A stretch of DNA of 64,000 nucleotides from Candidatus Staskawiczbacteria bacterium RIFCSPHIGHO2_01_FULL_39_25 (GCA_001820095.1 MHOO01000011.1:1958-65957), one strand, 5' to 3'. Counted from the stretch's first letter, positions 19,604-30,139 are shown. Made by a program: numbers and translations. The notes: a model not told the origin generated them from the sequence alone.

Positions 19604-19674
19604 CGGGGTGTTGTGTAACGGTAGCACGAACGCTTTGGGAGCGTTTAGTCTGGGTTCGAATCCCAGCACCCCGA
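19604..19674 (+). tRNA. tRNA-Pro(UGG)
   Basis: AACGC-TTTGGGA-GCGTT. Confidence 0.93.
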
Positions 19675-19681
19675 CACAGAA

Positions 19682-19812
19682 ATAAATCTTAAGCACGAAA
19701 TCCGAAGCACGAAACAAATTCAAATTACCGAAATTAAAAATTCAAAAAGCGTTTCGAATTTCGCTTGACCCACAGGTCATCCCTGTAAGGTCCTATTCGG
19801 ATTTCGAATTTA
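19682..19812. repeat. Empty periodic inverted-arm element, CGAAAT/ATTTCG family, with nested hairpin
   Basis: aagcacgaaatccgaagcacgaaacaaatt ... ttcgaatttcg[cttgacccacaggtcatccctgtaaggtccta]ttcggatttcgaattt. Confidence 0.8.
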
Positions 19813-19821
19813 ACCTAATAT

Positions 19822-19892
19822 GCGGGTATCGTATAGCGGCATTACCCGACTTTTCCAAAGTCGTGATAGGGGTTCGACTCCCCTTACCCGCT
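19822..19892 (+). tRNA. tRNA-Gly(UCC)
   Basis: CGACT-TTTCCAA-AGTCG. Confidence 0.93.
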
Positions 19893-19965
19893 CAAAGTAA
19901 AATCATCTCATAAATGGGGACGTCGGACGTCCTCACTTTTCTGATAGGAAGCGATTTTTTTAACT

Positions 19966-20030
19966 TTGACAAATTAGCAAAATTCATGTATCCTACAACA
20001 ATTGTTGTTCTTTAACTCTTCAATAAAGGA
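19966..20030 (+). promoter_or_regulatory. Sigma70 promoter, boxA-like motif and SD
   Basis: TTGACA-17-TATCCT; GTTCTTTAAC at 20007; AAAGGA. Confidence 0.6.
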
Positions 20031-20038
20031 AGCCTGTT

Positions 20039-21121
20039 ATGGAGACTAATCTTCCTAGGCAAGATCTGGAATTCCAACATGCGGTACTGCAGCAGCTTAT
20101 AAGCGAAAAAGAGGATTGCTTAAAAAACTTTCCTCATCAGCAAGAAGTAGGAAATATTTTATGGTCGCAACAGATTCTGAATAACGAACGCCAACGGCTC
20201 CAGAAAAGAGCTCAGGAATACTACCTGCTTATGCAAAAGTATGCAAGATTCATTGCTATGCTTAACCAGGTCGTAGCTACTGGCGCCAAAGCCAACCCTA
20301 ATGCTCGGCAACTCCATGCCATGAAACGGAGTATAGCCATATTGCGCAAGCACTCTAAGGAGATTGCTGATATCGTTGGATCTTCTATTGTTCCTATAGT
20401 GTCTCTTTCTGAACTCATATGGACAAGAAAATTCGGGGAGAATCTTGAGCGCAATGTAACAAATGCCTTGTTAGCATTAAGACAACGGCACGAACAAGCT
20501 GCCCGGCAGCGAGAAGCTATAACAACTGATATCTCTAAGGTAGAGGTTGAGGTAGAAGAGCTCCGCCAGGAATATCACCACCGGAAAGAAGCCCATGAAC
20601 AGAAATTAGGCAAACTGAAAGAGGAGCTTGGATATATTAATGAGCAACTTGCGCAAGCTAAAGAATCTATGGCAATAATTCTGTGCATAGGCGACCCCAT
20701 CACGTTTCCTCGATACCATCGGGAAAAGCACTGGAGAAATGATCCCGCAGTGAAAGCAATTGAAGAAAAACCTACTCTTGCCCCATGGCTTTTCGTAATG
20801 ATGCAGGGCGAGCATGACCAGGGGCAACCGCTTCCGCAAGATCGCTACTTAGCCCTTAAAAGCATCAGGGATATCCTAGATAAGCAGGGATACCACACGG
20901 TAAATGAAAAAATCATCTATCACAAAGTGTTTTCCATTGCCCATCAACGGAATACACACCAGAGGTGTACTATGAAAAAGATAGCTAGAGAAAAATTTAC
21001 TGACTGGCATCAAGAAGGCATTGGCTATAGCGGACGCCTCGTCTTTCACACTGATGAACGCGAGCGGATTTTCCGCTTTTGCTTTTACTCTAAAAACGAA
21101 GAGGACAAGGTGCTGGCATAG
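20039..21121 (+). CDS. Hypothetical coiled-coil protein (ORFan-like)
   Basis: 360-aa ORF with its own promoter, SD and terminator; heptad-rich N-terminal two thirds. Confidence 0.7.
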   Translation: METNLPRQDLEFQHAVLQQLISEKEDCLKNFPHQQEVGNILWSQQILNNERQRLQKRAQEYYLLMQKYARFIAMLNQVVATGAKANPNARQLHAMKRSIAILRKHSKEIADIVGSSIVPIVSLSELIWTRKFGENLERNVTNALLALRQRHEQAARQREAITTDISKVEVEVEELRQEYHHRKEAHEQKLGKLKEELGYINEQLAQAKESMAIILCIGDPITFPRYHREKHWRNDPAVKAIEEKPTLAPWLFVMMQGEHDQGQPLPQDRYLALKSIRDILDKQGYHTVNEKIIYHKVFSIAHQRNTHQRCTMKKIAREKFTDWHQEGIGYSGRLVFHTDERERIFRFCFYSKNEEDKVLA

Positions 21122-21217
21122 GCCACTTCCACAAGCGCAAACTACGGTTTGCGCTTTTTTATTCCATATTTTTACCACCAAAAAAAAGCCGTTCATTGAA
21201 CGGCTTTTTTGATGTAA

Positions 21218-22753
21218 TTATCGCGCGTATTCTATCACCCTATTTTCGCGTATCACCGTTACCTTAATTTCTCCTGGATACTTTAACTCTTCTTCAATAT
21301 TATGGGCAATTTGCTTTGCTATTTTTTGAGCTCCTAAATCATCTACCATATCTGCCTTCACAAAAACCCTGATTTCCCGCCCTGCCTGTATGGCATAGGT
21401 TTTTTCAACTCCTTCAAACTTGTTAGCAATATCTTCTAATGCTTTTAACCTCTGCAAATAGTTTTCTAGGGTATCTTTCCTGGCTCCCGGACGAGACCCT
21501 GAAATAGAATCTGCCACGGTTACAATTACGGCTTCTATGGTGTCTGCCGGATAATCATTGTGATGGGCGCGCATAGCATGGATTACCGCTTCCGATTCCC
21601 CGAATTTCTCCAGAATCTTTATGCCAATTTCAATGTGGGAGCCCTGAATTTGCTGGTCAATAGCCTTGCCAATATCATGGAAAAGGCCGCCCCGTTTTGC
21701 CACTTGGCTATTGGCCTTCAGTTCATCAGCAATCGTTTCCGCAATAAGCGCCACTTCCATAGAGTGCTGCAGCACATTCTGACCATAACTTGTCCTGTAA
21801 TGCAGCCTGCCTAATATTTGGACGAGTTTTTCGTTCACCCCTAAAAGACTCATGTCATAGATTGCTTTCTCGCCAGCCTTTTTTATCACATCTGAAATTT
21901 CTGCGGTTGCCTCCGCTACTTTTTCTTCAATTTTTGCGGGCTGGATTCTTCCATCTTGAATAAGTTTGTCTAACGCAAGCTTTGCAATCTGCCTGCGGAT
22001 TGGGTTAAAACAAGAAATAACCACTGAATCGGGGGTTTCATCTAAAATCAGCTCCACTCCGGTTAATTTTTCAAACGCTTTAATATTCCTTCCCTCTTTG
22101 CCGATAATCCTTCCCTTAATATCTTCTGAAGGCAAGATAATCGTTGTGGTGCTTAATTCCTGGGTATGGGGAACCGCGCACTTTTGAATGGCCAATGTAA
22201 CAATTTCCCTAGCCCTAGCCGTAAGCGTTTCCTTGCCGCTTTCTTCCATTTTCTTCATTCTTTCCAAAATATCTTTTTGAGAGTCTATTTCTACCAAGGT
22301 TAAAAGTTCCTTTTTGGCATCTTCGCGGGACAAGCTTGCCACCTTCTCCAATTTTACCTCAGCCTCCGCCCGAAGCTTGTCTAATTCATCCTTTACCTTT
22401 TTTAATTTTTCAGCTTTCTCGTGTATTTCTGCTTCCTTTTTATCAAAAGCATCAATTTTCCCATCAAGAAGCTTTTCCCTATCCAAAAGAACCTGTTCAG
22501 CTCTTAAAAATTCCCTCCTTCTCTGGTCAATATCCTTCTGGGCTTTTTCGGTGATTTCAGATGCCTTAGTTTCAGCTTTTTTCACCAAATCAGCAGTTTC
22601 TTCTTTTACCTGCTGGACTTTCTTTTGAAGCCTTGCCTCCAAAGATCCCGCTCTCTTCTTCGCAATTGATTGCCGGATGTAGTACCCAAAAATTGTACCT
22701 CCTGCCAAAGACAATGCCGCTGATAAAATTAATATAATTGAATTTTGGTCCAT
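21218..22753 (-). CDS. rny: Ribonuclease Y
   Basis: N-terminal TM, coiled coil, KH KGRIIGKEGRNI, HD domain FHDIGK. Confidence 0.97.
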   Translation of the reverse strand: MDQNSIILILSAALSLAGGTIFGYYIRQSIAKKRAGSLEARLQKKVQQVKEETADLVKKAETKASEITEKAQKDIDQRRREFLRAEQVLLDREKLLDGKIDAFDKKEAEIHEKAEKLKKVKDELDKLRAEAEVKLEKVASLSREDAKKELLTLVEIDSQKDILERMKKMEESGKETLTARAREIVTLAIQKCAVPHTQELSTTTIILPSEDIKGRIIGKEGRNIKAFEKLTGVELILDETPDSVVISCFNPIRRQIAKLALDKLIQDGRIQPAKIEEKVAEATAEISDVIKKAGEKAIYDMSLLGVNEKLVQILGRLHYRTSYGQNVLQHSMEVALIAETIADELKANSQVAKRGGLFHDIGKAIDQQIQGSHIEIGIKILEKFGESEAVIHAMRAHHNDYPADTIEAVIVTVADSISGSRPGARKDTLENYLQRLKALEDIANKFEGVEKTYAIQAGREIRVFVKADMVDDLGAQKIAKQIAHNIEEELKYPGEIKVTVIRENRVIEYAR

Positions 22754-22758
22754 GTTTT

Positions 22759-22885
22759 TTAATTTCTAATTACTAATTTATAATTTCTATTAAATATCTG
22801 ATACTTTAATTTCTAAACACGACGGGTTTGAAAATTATTTCATTGAAAATTTAATAAAAATTAGAAATTGAAAATTGAAAATTTT
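22759..22885. repeat. Empty periodic inverted-arm element, AATTT/AAATT 7-mer family
   Basis: aatttctaattactaatttataatttcta ... aaaattagaaattgaaaattgaaaatt. Confidence 0.75.
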
Positions 22886-22958
22886 AACAGTTTTTATAAA
22901 CAAATAAAGCCCACTAACTCAGTGAGCCCGTATATAATATATTTTCTTGGGCAAAAAG

Positions 22959-23552
22959 CTATTTGGCCTCTTTCATTGAGCCTATTACTTCATCAATAAG
23001 TCCATACTCTTTTGCTTCTTGGGCAGTCATATAAAAATCCCTATCCGTATCTTTTTCCACTCTATCAATAGGCTGACCAGTATGTTTGGATAGAATCTGG
23101 TTAATAGACCCTTTGATTTTTACAATCTGCTTAGCAGTAATTTCTATCTCGGTTGCCTGGCCTTGGGCTCCTCCCATGACTTGGTGCAGCAGTATTTCAG
23201 CATTGGGAAGGGCAAACCTTTTGCCTTTGGTTCCCGATGCCAAAATAATTGCCGCCATGGAAGCTGTGAGTCCAATGCAGATAGTAGAAACCGGACACTT
23301 GATATACTGCATGGTGTCGTAAATAGCTAATCCTGCCGTTACCGAACCTCCAGGGCTGTTAATATAAAGCTTGATGTCTCTTTTGGGGTCTTTTGAAACC
23401 AAGTATAGCATCTGGGCAATAACCACATTTGCATTTAAATCGGTAACCGGACCCGCCAAAAAAACAATGCGCTCTTCTAAAAGCCTTGAAAATATGTCAT
23501 ATACGCGCTCACCGCGTTGTGATTTTTCTACAATAGTTGGCACTATTGGCAC
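22959..23552 (-). CDS. clpP: ATP-dependent Clp protease proteolytic subunit
   Basis: [31 protein letters not shown]; probable GTG start at 23552. Confidence 0.95.
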   Translation of the reverse strand: MPIVPTIVEKSQRGERVYDIFSRLLEERIVFLAGPVTDLNANVVIAQMLYLVSKDPKRDIKLYINSPGGSVTAGLAIYDTMQYIKCPVSTICIGLTASMAAIILASGTKGKRFALPNAEILLHQVMGGAQGQATEIEITAKQIVKIKGSINQILSKHTGQPIDRVEKDTDRDFYMTAQEAKEYGLIDEVIGSMKEAK

Positions 23553-23559
23553 GTTATTG

Positions 23560-23724
23560 TTAAATTCGAAATTCCAATAGGACCTTACAGGGATGACCTG
23601 CAGGTCAAGCGAAATTCGAAACAATATCTAAATCCTAATGTTCAAATATTTTAAACGCATTTTGAATTTTGGATTTTGGATTTTGGATTTGTTTCGGATT
23701 TCGGATTTAGAATTTCGGATTTGA
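23560..23724. repeat. Empty periodic inverted-arm element, CGAAAT/ATTTCG family, with the same nested hairpin as the 19682 copy
   Basis: aaattcgaaattccaataggaccttacagggatgacctgcaggtcaagcgaaattcgaa ... tttggattttggattttggatttgtttcggatttcggattt; overlaps the tig stop. Confidence 0.82.
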
Positions 23725-25026
23725 AAAAGTTTCCAACACTTGGAATACTTTTTCGTTATATATTGCTCCTTTAGTATACTCTTTTAATTGATTAATGTCA
23801 ATTTTGTCTATTTTATCTTTTTGGTGCTTTCGCAGTGCTTTGTTTATTTCTGCCTCCAGCTCTTCGTTAGAAACTTCTATCTGTTCGGCTTTCCCAATCT
23901 GCCGCAACACCAGAAAATTTTTAATTCTTTTTTCAGCTTCCAGGGCAAAAGATTTTTTAATTTCCTCTTCAGTCTTTTTAATGCTGGATAAATATTCTTC
24001 AAAGGTCATTTTAAAATTTTGGGCAATATGGTTTTTCATATCCTCAAACAGCCGCACCTGTTCATACTCAACCATTTTTTCGGGAATATCAAAACTGGTT
24101 TTTTGTGAAATTTTTTCCAAAATTTCTCCCCGTTTTCTCTGTTTTTCTGTTTCATTCTTCTCCATAGTTATCCCCTCTTTCAAATTTTCTTTCAGGGCAA
24201 CTAAGGTATCAAATACGGAGACGGGAGCTCCCGCTTCGCGGTAAGCTCTCGCGTCTTGACCCAGACTTTTTGCAAATTCATCGTTGATTTCAGGCAGCTC
24301 CATTTTTTGCACCGAAATTATTTTTACTTTAAAAGTGCTTTCTTTTCCCGCAATTGCCTTATTGGGAGTGTTTTCAGGAAAGTGCGCCACAAACTCTTTC
24401 TCTTCGCCTGATTTCATGCCAATAATATTATTCTCAAAATCTTTCAAAAATCCGCCCTCGCCCAATATAAACTTATCGCGAACTTCTTTCCCATTATTGA
24501 TATTCTCATTTTTATATTCAATTTCTATAAAATCTTTGTTTTCCGCCCCCCGGTCAATTTGCGAAAATTTTGCGCGGGACTTTTGCAGGTATGCCAATGT
24601 TTCTTCAATTTCTTTTTCATCAACTGAAATTTCCTGGCCTTTTACCATTGCCGCAATCTCTTTATAATCAGGCAATTCAACATCGGGCAAAACGGTAACC
24701 TTCACCTTAAACAAAAAAGGGTTATCTTTAGCGATCTTTAAAATTTGCACCTCTGGCTCGCCAATGGGTTCTAAATTATTTTCAACAATAAACTTGGTGT
24801 AGGCGCCCTTTACCGCCAAATCTCCTGCTTCCATAAGCAAATTTTCCGGCCCCACCTGTTTTTCCACCATCTCTTTCGGCACATTTCCCTTCCTGAAACC
24901 ATCCATTTTTACATGGCTTTTTAGGTGCTCTAAAGCTTTATCAAGGTACGTCTGAAATTCTTTTTCATCTAACTCAAAGTTGATTTCAACTAGCGATTTC
25001 TCTAATTTTTTAAGATCTGTTTTCAT
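23707..25026 (-). CDS. tig: Trigger factor
   Basis: MDGFRKGNVP signature; FKBP-like domain; upstream of clpP. Confidence 0.95.
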   Translation of the reverse strand: MKTDLKKLEKSLVEINFELDEKEFQTYLDKALEHLKSHVKMDGFRKGNVPKEMVEKQVGPENLLMEAGDLAVKGAYTKFIVENNLEPIGEPEVQILKIAKDNPFLFKVKVTVLPDVELPDYKEIAAMVKGQEISVDEKEIEETLAYLQKSRAKFSQIDRGAENKDFIEIEYKNENINNGKEVRDKFILGEGGFLKDFENNIIGMKSGEEKEFVAHFPENTPNKAIAGKESTFKVKIISVQKMELPEINDEFAKSLGQDARAYREAGAPVSVFDTLVALKENLKEGITMEKNETEKQRKRGEILEKISQKTSFDIPEKMVEYEQVRLFEDMKNHIAQNFKMTFEEYLSSIKKTEEEIKKSFALEAEKRIKNFLVLRQIGKAEQIEVSNEELEAEINKALRKHQKDKIDKIDINQLKEYTKGAIYNEKVFQVLETFSNPKF

Positions 25027-25155
25027 GAGTTACATATGAATTCTTTTTGGCAAGTTTTAGCAAGGACCGTTTTAGCAAGGACGGTCCTTGCTAATTTGCG
25101 GCTCACACTAATGTGAGCCGCAAAAGTTGAGTCTATGTGAGTCTATGAGTCTATG

Positions 25156-27153
25156 TTATATGAGAAACGGAACAATAAGCAAGGCTACAATATTGAGAAC
25201 TTTAATCATGGGGTTAATAGCAGGACCCGCAGTATCTTTATAGGGGTCTCCGACGGTGTCTCCGGTGACAGCCGCCTGGTGGGCAAAACTGCCTTTTCCG
25301 CCCAAGTTTCCCTCTTCTATGTACTTTTTAGCATTGTCCCATGCAGCCCCTCCCGTAGTCATAGAGATGCCCACAAAGAGGCCGGTAATAATGCTGCCAA
25401 TTAACAAACCTCCCAAGGCTTGGACTCCCAAAAACACTCCCACCAAAATTGGTGCAGCCACAGGAATAATTGCCGGAATTAACATTTCTTTAATAGCGGC
25501 TTTGGTAACAATATCAACACATTTGCCATATTCTGGCTTTGCGGTGCCTTCCATTAAGCCTTTTATTTCTCTAAATTGCCTGCGCACCTCTTCCACTACT
25601 TTGCCCGCGGTCTTTCCCACCGCTCCCATTAAGAATGAAGCAAACAAGTAAGGAAGCAAGCCGCCAATCAGCAAACCGGCAATTACTTTGGGGTCAGCCA
25701 GTACAAAGTTTGCCGCCCGCAGAGAACCCGATAAATCAATAACCTGCTGGCTATAAGCCGCAAACAATACCAAGGCTGCTAAGCCTGCTGAAGCAATGGC
25801 GTATCCCTTAGTTACCGCTTTGGTGGTATTGCCGACGGCATCTAACGCGTCGGTAATTTTCCTTACTTCTTCTGGCATGCCCGACATTTCTGCAATTCCG
25901 CCGGCGTTATCAGTAATAGGGCCGTAAGCGTCAACTCCCACCACAATTCCCGAAATAGAAAGCATCGCCATAACCGCCAGCGCCACTCCATAAATTCCTG
26001 CCAGTTGGAAACTGATGATCGTGCCAAAAGCAATTAACAATACCGGATAGGCCGTTGACTGCATACCAAGCCCGATGCCCCTGATAATGTTGGTTGCATG
26101 CCCGGTTTCTGAAGCCTTTGCAATTGATCTGACCGGGCTGTATTTTTTTGACGTGTAATACTCAGTGATAATAAACATTCCGGCGGCAACGGCCAAGCCT
26201 ACCAACGTGGAAAAGTATAAATTATCTACGGAAATTTCCTGCCCTGCCATCATTTTAGTAATTAAGGGGTAAAAACCAAGCGCCGATAGCACTACCGACA
26301 CTGCCAAGCCTTTGTACATGCTTCCCATAATGCTTTGTGATTTTCCTAGTTTCACAAAAAAGCTTCCGACAATTGAAGTTAAAATTGAAATACTGCCTAA
26401 AAATAACGGTAGCAATACAAACTGCGGAGCGCGGGGGAATAATAACGCCCCCAAAATCATGGTGGCTACCGTGGTTACCGCATACGTTTCAAAAATGTCA
26501 GCTGCCATGCCAGCACAGTCTCCCACATTATCTCCCACCTGGTCAGCAATGACTGCCGGGTTTCTTGGGTCGTCTTCGGGAATGCCTTTTTCCACTTTGC
26601 CCACTAAGTCAGCTCCCACATCAGCGGCTTTAGTATAAATGCCTCCGCCGACTCTGGCGAAGACCGAAATCAAGCTTGCGCCAAATCCAAGCGCAACTAG
26701 TGCCTGTATATCCTTGGTGATAAAATAATAGCCAGAAACCGCTAATAATCCTAAGCTGACTACCAAAAGGCCTGTTACGAGTCCGCCCTTGAATGATAAG
26801 TCCAAGGCAAAGCTAAGCCCCCGTTCTGCAGCTTTGGCTACCCGCGTATTGGTTTGGGTTGAAACAAGCATCCCAATGAATCCTGACAAACCAGATAAAA
26901 ATGCTCCAATCAAAAAACCAAGAGCCATTTTCCAACCCATAAAGAACAAAAGGCCGATGGCAATGGCAATGGCCACAATGCTTACCGTTCTGTACTGCCT
27001 TTTTAAATAGGAAATAGCGCCCTCTTGAATGGCCTGGGTAATGGCTATGGCTTTATCTTTTGCTACCGGAGCCTTGTTGATTCCCGTAATTAAGAAAAAC
27101 ACAAATGCAATGGCAAACAGCGAAACGATGATAGGAAAATAGGTGATTAACAT
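25156..27153 (-). CDS. hppA: Membrane-integral pyrophosphatase, K+-independent type (probably H+-pumping)
   Basis: [40 protein letters not shown] (Lys = K+-independent), [10 protein letters not shown]. Confidence 0.95.
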   Translation of the reverse strand: MLITYFPIIVSLFAIAFVFFLITGINKAPVAKDKAIAITQAIQEGAISYLKRQYRTVSIVAIAIAIGLLFFMGWKMALGFLIGAFLSGLSGFIGMLVSTQTNTRVAKAAERGLSFALDLSFKGGLVTGLLVVSLGLLAVSGYYFITKDIQALVALGFGASLISVFARVGGGIYTKAADVGADLVGKVEKGIPEDDPRNPAVIADQVGDNVGDCAGMAADIFETYAVTTVATMILGALLFPRAPQFVLLPLFLGSISILTSIVGSFFVKLGKSQSIMGSMYKGLAVSVVLSALGFYPLITKMMAGQEISVDNLYFSTLVGLAVAAGMFIITEYYTSKKYSPVRSIAKASETGHATNIIRGIGLGMQSTAYPVLLIAFGTIISFQLAGIYGVALAVMAMLSISGIVVGVDAYGPITDNAGGIAEMSGMPEEVRKITDALDAVGNTTKAVTKGYAIASAGLAALVLFAAYSQQVIDLSGSLRAANFVLADPKVIAGLLIGGLLPYLFASFLMGAVGKTAGKVVEEVRRQFREIKGLMEGTAKPEYGKCVDIVTKAAIKEMLIPAIIPVAAPILVGVFLGVQALGGLLIGSIITGLFVGISMTTGGAAWDNAKKYIEEGNLGGKGSFAHQAAVTGDTVGDPYKDTAGPAINPMIKVLNIVALLIVPFLI

Positions 27154-27158
27154 GCCAA

Positions 27159-27297
27159 CGAATTTTCAATTTTCAATTCCCAATTTTCAATCAATTATCA
27201 ATGAAACGAATTTTCAATGACGAAAACGTTAATTTGATAATTTGGTAATTTAATACTTGATTGATAATTGATACTTGATAATTGATAATTAAAATTT
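27159..27297. repeat. Empty periodic inverted-arm element, TTCAATT/AATTGA 7-mer family
   Basis: aattttcaattttcaattcccaattttcaatcaa ... ttgattgataattgatacttgataattgataatt, between nusA stop and hppA start. Confidence 0.82.
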
Positions 27298-28585
27298 ACT
27301 CTTCTTTTTTAGTTTTTTTCTTTTTTGCCTTGCCCGCCGTAGCTTCAGTGGAGGCAGGGCCTTCCTCTTTTTCTTCGGTTTTTGCGCTGGTCGGTTCTTT
27401 AGTTTCGTTTTGTTCTTCGGTTTCTCCATTCTTGGGTTCTTTTGTTTTTTCGGCGGGCTTAATATCTATTTTCCAGCCGGTTAAATTTGAAGCCAATCTC
27501 ACATTTCTGCCGTCTTTGCCAATTGCCAGCGATAACTGATCTTCTGGAACAAACACTACCGCCGTATTTTTTTCTTCAATTTTAACTTCGGCAATCTTAG
27601 CGGGAGATAATGCATTCGCAATAAATTTTTCAGGGTCTTGGCTCCAAGCAATAATATCAATTTTTTCCCCGCCTAATTCATTAATCACCGCCATAATTCT
27701 TGTTCCCCGCTGGCCTACGCAGCTGCCAATGGGGTCAATGCGCTCTTCGGCAGAGTCAACGGCAATTTTTGTCCGGTAGCCGGGCTCTCGGGCAATAGAT
27801 TTTATCACCACGATCCCCGAAGCAATTTCAGGCACCTCTAATTCAAAAAGCCTTGAAACTAATTTTGGATAAGCCCTTGAAAGCAATACCACCGATCCTT
27901 TGGGAGTCTCTTCAACTTTTAAGATATAGAATTTTAACCGTTGCCCCTGCCGATAAAATTCTCCCGGAATCTGTTCCTCCCGATTTAAAATACCCAATGT
28001 TTTGCCAATATCAATAAGCACTACATTTCCTTCTATGCGCTGTACGATTCCTGAAATAATTTCCCCCTCTTTTGATTTGTATTCTGATGCAATGGTTTCC
28101 TTTTCAGCCTCCCGTATTTTTTGCAGAATAACCTGCTTGGCTGTTTGCGCAGCAATTCTGCCGTAATCTTGCTTTGAGACTAGCGGAATTTCCAATTCTT
28201 CTCCCAATTTAATATCTGGATTCTTTTGCTTTGCCTCTTCCAGCATGATATGTTTCTCGGGATTGAAGACCACTTTTTTAGTCATTTCATCGCCCTCGGC
28301 GCTTTTCTCAAAGTCTTCAGAAGGCATCATCTTTTTTTCTTTCAGCGCTTCAATTTCTTCTTCGGTATACAACATTGATTCATCAACTACCAACTTTACC
28401 TGCCAAAACTTAACATCGCCGGAAACCGGATTGAATTTTGCTTTTATTTTCTGGCCCTTTTGGCCATAGTCTTTTTTGTATGCTGTAGCTATGGCTGCTT
28501 CCAGCGTTTCAATAATGACTTCAGGGGAAATGCCCCTGGCTTCTGCAATTTGGGCCAATGCCCGTTGAAAAGATTTTAAGTCCAT
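27296..28585 (-). CDS. nusA: Transcription termination/antitermination factor NusA
   Basis: GRIAAQTAKQVI, ELEVPEI, AREPGYRTKIAV, AIGKDGRNVRLA; ATG at 28585. Confidence 0.97.
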   Translation of the reverse strand: MDLKSFQRALAQIAEARGISPEVIIETLEAAIATAYKKDYGQKGQKIKAKFNPVSGDVKFWQVKLVVDESMLYTEEEIEALKEKKMMPSEDFEKSAEGDEMTKKVVFNPEKHIMLEEAKQKNPDIKLGEELEIPLVSKQDYGRIAAQTAKQVILQKIREAEKETIASEYKSKEGEIISGIVQRIEGNVVLIDIGKTLGILNREEQIPGEFYRQGQRLKFYILKVEETPKGSVVLLSRAYPKLVSRLFELEVPEIASGIVVIKSIAREPGYRTKIAVDSAEERIDPIGSCVGQRGTRIMAVINELGGEKIDIIAWSQDPEKFIANALSPAKIAEVKIEEKNTAVVFVPEDQLSLAIGKDGRNVRLASNLTGWKIDIKPAEKTKEPKNGETEEQNETKEPTSAKTEEKEEGPASTEATAGKAKKKKTKKEE

Positions 28586-28593
28586 TGAAGTCA

Positions 28594-28700
28594 GGGAGTA
28601 GGTCGCTCGCAAGCTCGCTCTTCAGAAACCCACGGTTTCTGATACTCGCTTCGCTCGTAGTTTCCTAGACGGGGAAACCGAAGTTTCCCCGACCCCCTTC
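28594..28700. repeat. GC-rich multi-hairpin element in the nusA leader
   Basis: tcagaaacc-cac-ggtttctga; cggggaaac-cgaa-gtttccccg; resembles part of the 48589/60188 element. Confidence 0.55.
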
Positions 28701-28877
28701 CAGTTGTATTAATATTTGTAAATCTCTTTACTATTTAAAAAAAAGTCCGTTTTCAGACGGACATGATTAATTCAATCTATTAATTGCTTTTAGTCTAGCA
28801 AAATAAAAAAGCAGTGTCAACATTAAATAAAAAATCGCCCTTGCGCAAAGCTTGGGCGACATGTTTTTAATTGTCAA

Positions 28878-29150
28878 CTATTTATTAGTAGCAGTTAGTT
28901 GTTTCTCTTGTTGTTCTTTTTGCTCAAGAAGCAGTTGGTCTTCTTTTTCCTGACGATAAAAAACAAAGAACATCAATGAACCCAAAAAAGCAACAATGGT
29001 CATAGCAATTAAAGTAATCATTGCCTCAGAAAAAGGCTTGTATCTTTCCGTAAACACCAGAAAGATATAGAAACCGATAAAAAAAACGCCACTTAAAAAA
29101 AACATCGCAGAAAAAATCATTGTGTACCAGAGTTTCTGCTGTGTTGTCAT
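28878..29150 (-). CDS. Hypothetical 2-TM protein
   Basis: Two hydrophobic helices; strong SD AAAGGAGGTG. Confidence 0.75.
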   Translation of the reverse strand: MTTQQKLWYTMIFSAMFFLSGVFFIGFYIFLVFTERYKPFSEAMITLIAMTIVAFLGSLMFFVFYRQEKEDQLLLEQKEQQEKQLTATNK

Positions 29151-29171
29151 GGGACACCTCCTTTGGAGTGG

Positions 29172-29660
29172 TTAGGGATTGATTATTGACATTCTAATAA
29201 TGCGAATAATTTGTTCTTCTTTATCAACAATAATAAAAGACAGCGTAAATATAATATTCCACACAATCATAAATATAAATTGCAACATTCCTAAGAGAAG
29301 AAAAAATGTCAAGCCCTTATTTGCTTTTTTCCACTCTGTCCCAGTAAAAACACGGAATACAAGCAAACTTGTGTCTTTGGGTTCCATTGAAGCCAAACAC
29401 GATTGATAGTAATTTATCATTTTTTGAGTTTTCCAATTAATTACAGACCAAAATAAGAATAAAACGAAACCAGCTATCCCAACAAAACGGTATAAAAGAG
29501 AATTTGGCATTTGAGCGCCCAAAAAAGATAACGCACCCAAATTGATGATAATAAATATTTGGCTACGAGACCATAGTAATCTTTCTTCGTTGGTCAGACA
29601 CATGCATATTCCTGTGTACATTACCTTTTGTTCATCAGTCATTTTTGGCGTTTCTGGCAT
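29172..29660 (-). CDS. Hypothetical 3-TM membrane protein
   Basis: EERLLWSRSQIFIIIN followed by TM helices; SD GAAAGGA. Confidence 0.7.
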   Translation of the reverse strand: MPETPKMTDEQKVMYTGICMCLTNEERLLWSRSQIFIIINLGALSFLGAQMPNSLLYRFVGIAGFVLFLFWSVINWKTQKMINYYQSCLASMEPKDTSLLVFRVFTGTEWKKANKGLTFFLLLGMLQFIFMIVWNIIFTLSFIIVDKEEQIIRIIRMSIINP

Positions 29661-29665
29661 AAGTA

Positions 29666-29744
29666 TCCTTTCTTGAGTAGAAAACAGCTTGAAATGTCAA
29701 AGAACGAATGGTTAATTTATATCAGCTAAAAGTTATAAAGTCAA
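29666..29744 (-). promoter_or_regulatory. Sigma70 promoter, boxA-like motif and SD
   Basis: Minus strand TTGACT-17-TATAAA; GTTCTTTGACAT at 29694-29705. Confidence 0.6.
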
Positions 29745-30139
29745 ATTTCTTCAACTACATTTGGAAAATAGTGAAGCTTGGCATTCCGTGTGTTTTCGTT
29801 AACAAGGATTCCGATGACATCAATTTGATAAGGGTGATTTTGTTGGTACTTGTTTTTTTCCAGCCAAATTTCGGCCATTTGTTTTAGTTTTCTTTGTTTT
29901 CTGAAGTCTACATGCTCTTCAGGATAAGCTGATTGGAAGGATGTTGCCTTTAGTGATTTAACCTCTATAAAGTGGATGGTAGAATCAAAACGCGCAAAAA
30001 ATTTAAATTTTTTGCGCGCAATAATATCAATTTCTCCAAAACTTATCCTATAGTTTTTACCAATAATATTATACCCTTTCCTAACAAGATATTCACAAGC
30101 CATCTTCTCTCCTAGTTCACCTAATTCTTTAGTGGTCAT
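29741..30139 (-). CDS. yraN: YraN family endonuclease-like protein
   Basis: GELGEKMACEYL, GEIDII, FIEVK, DVI. Confidence 0.9.
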   Translation of the reverse strand: MTTKELGELGEKMACEYLVRKGYNIIGKNYRISFGEIDIIARKKFKFFARFDSTIHFIEVKSLKATSFQSAYPEEHVDFRKQRKLKQMAEIWLEKNKYQQNHPYQIDVIGILVNENTRNAKLHYFPNVVEEI

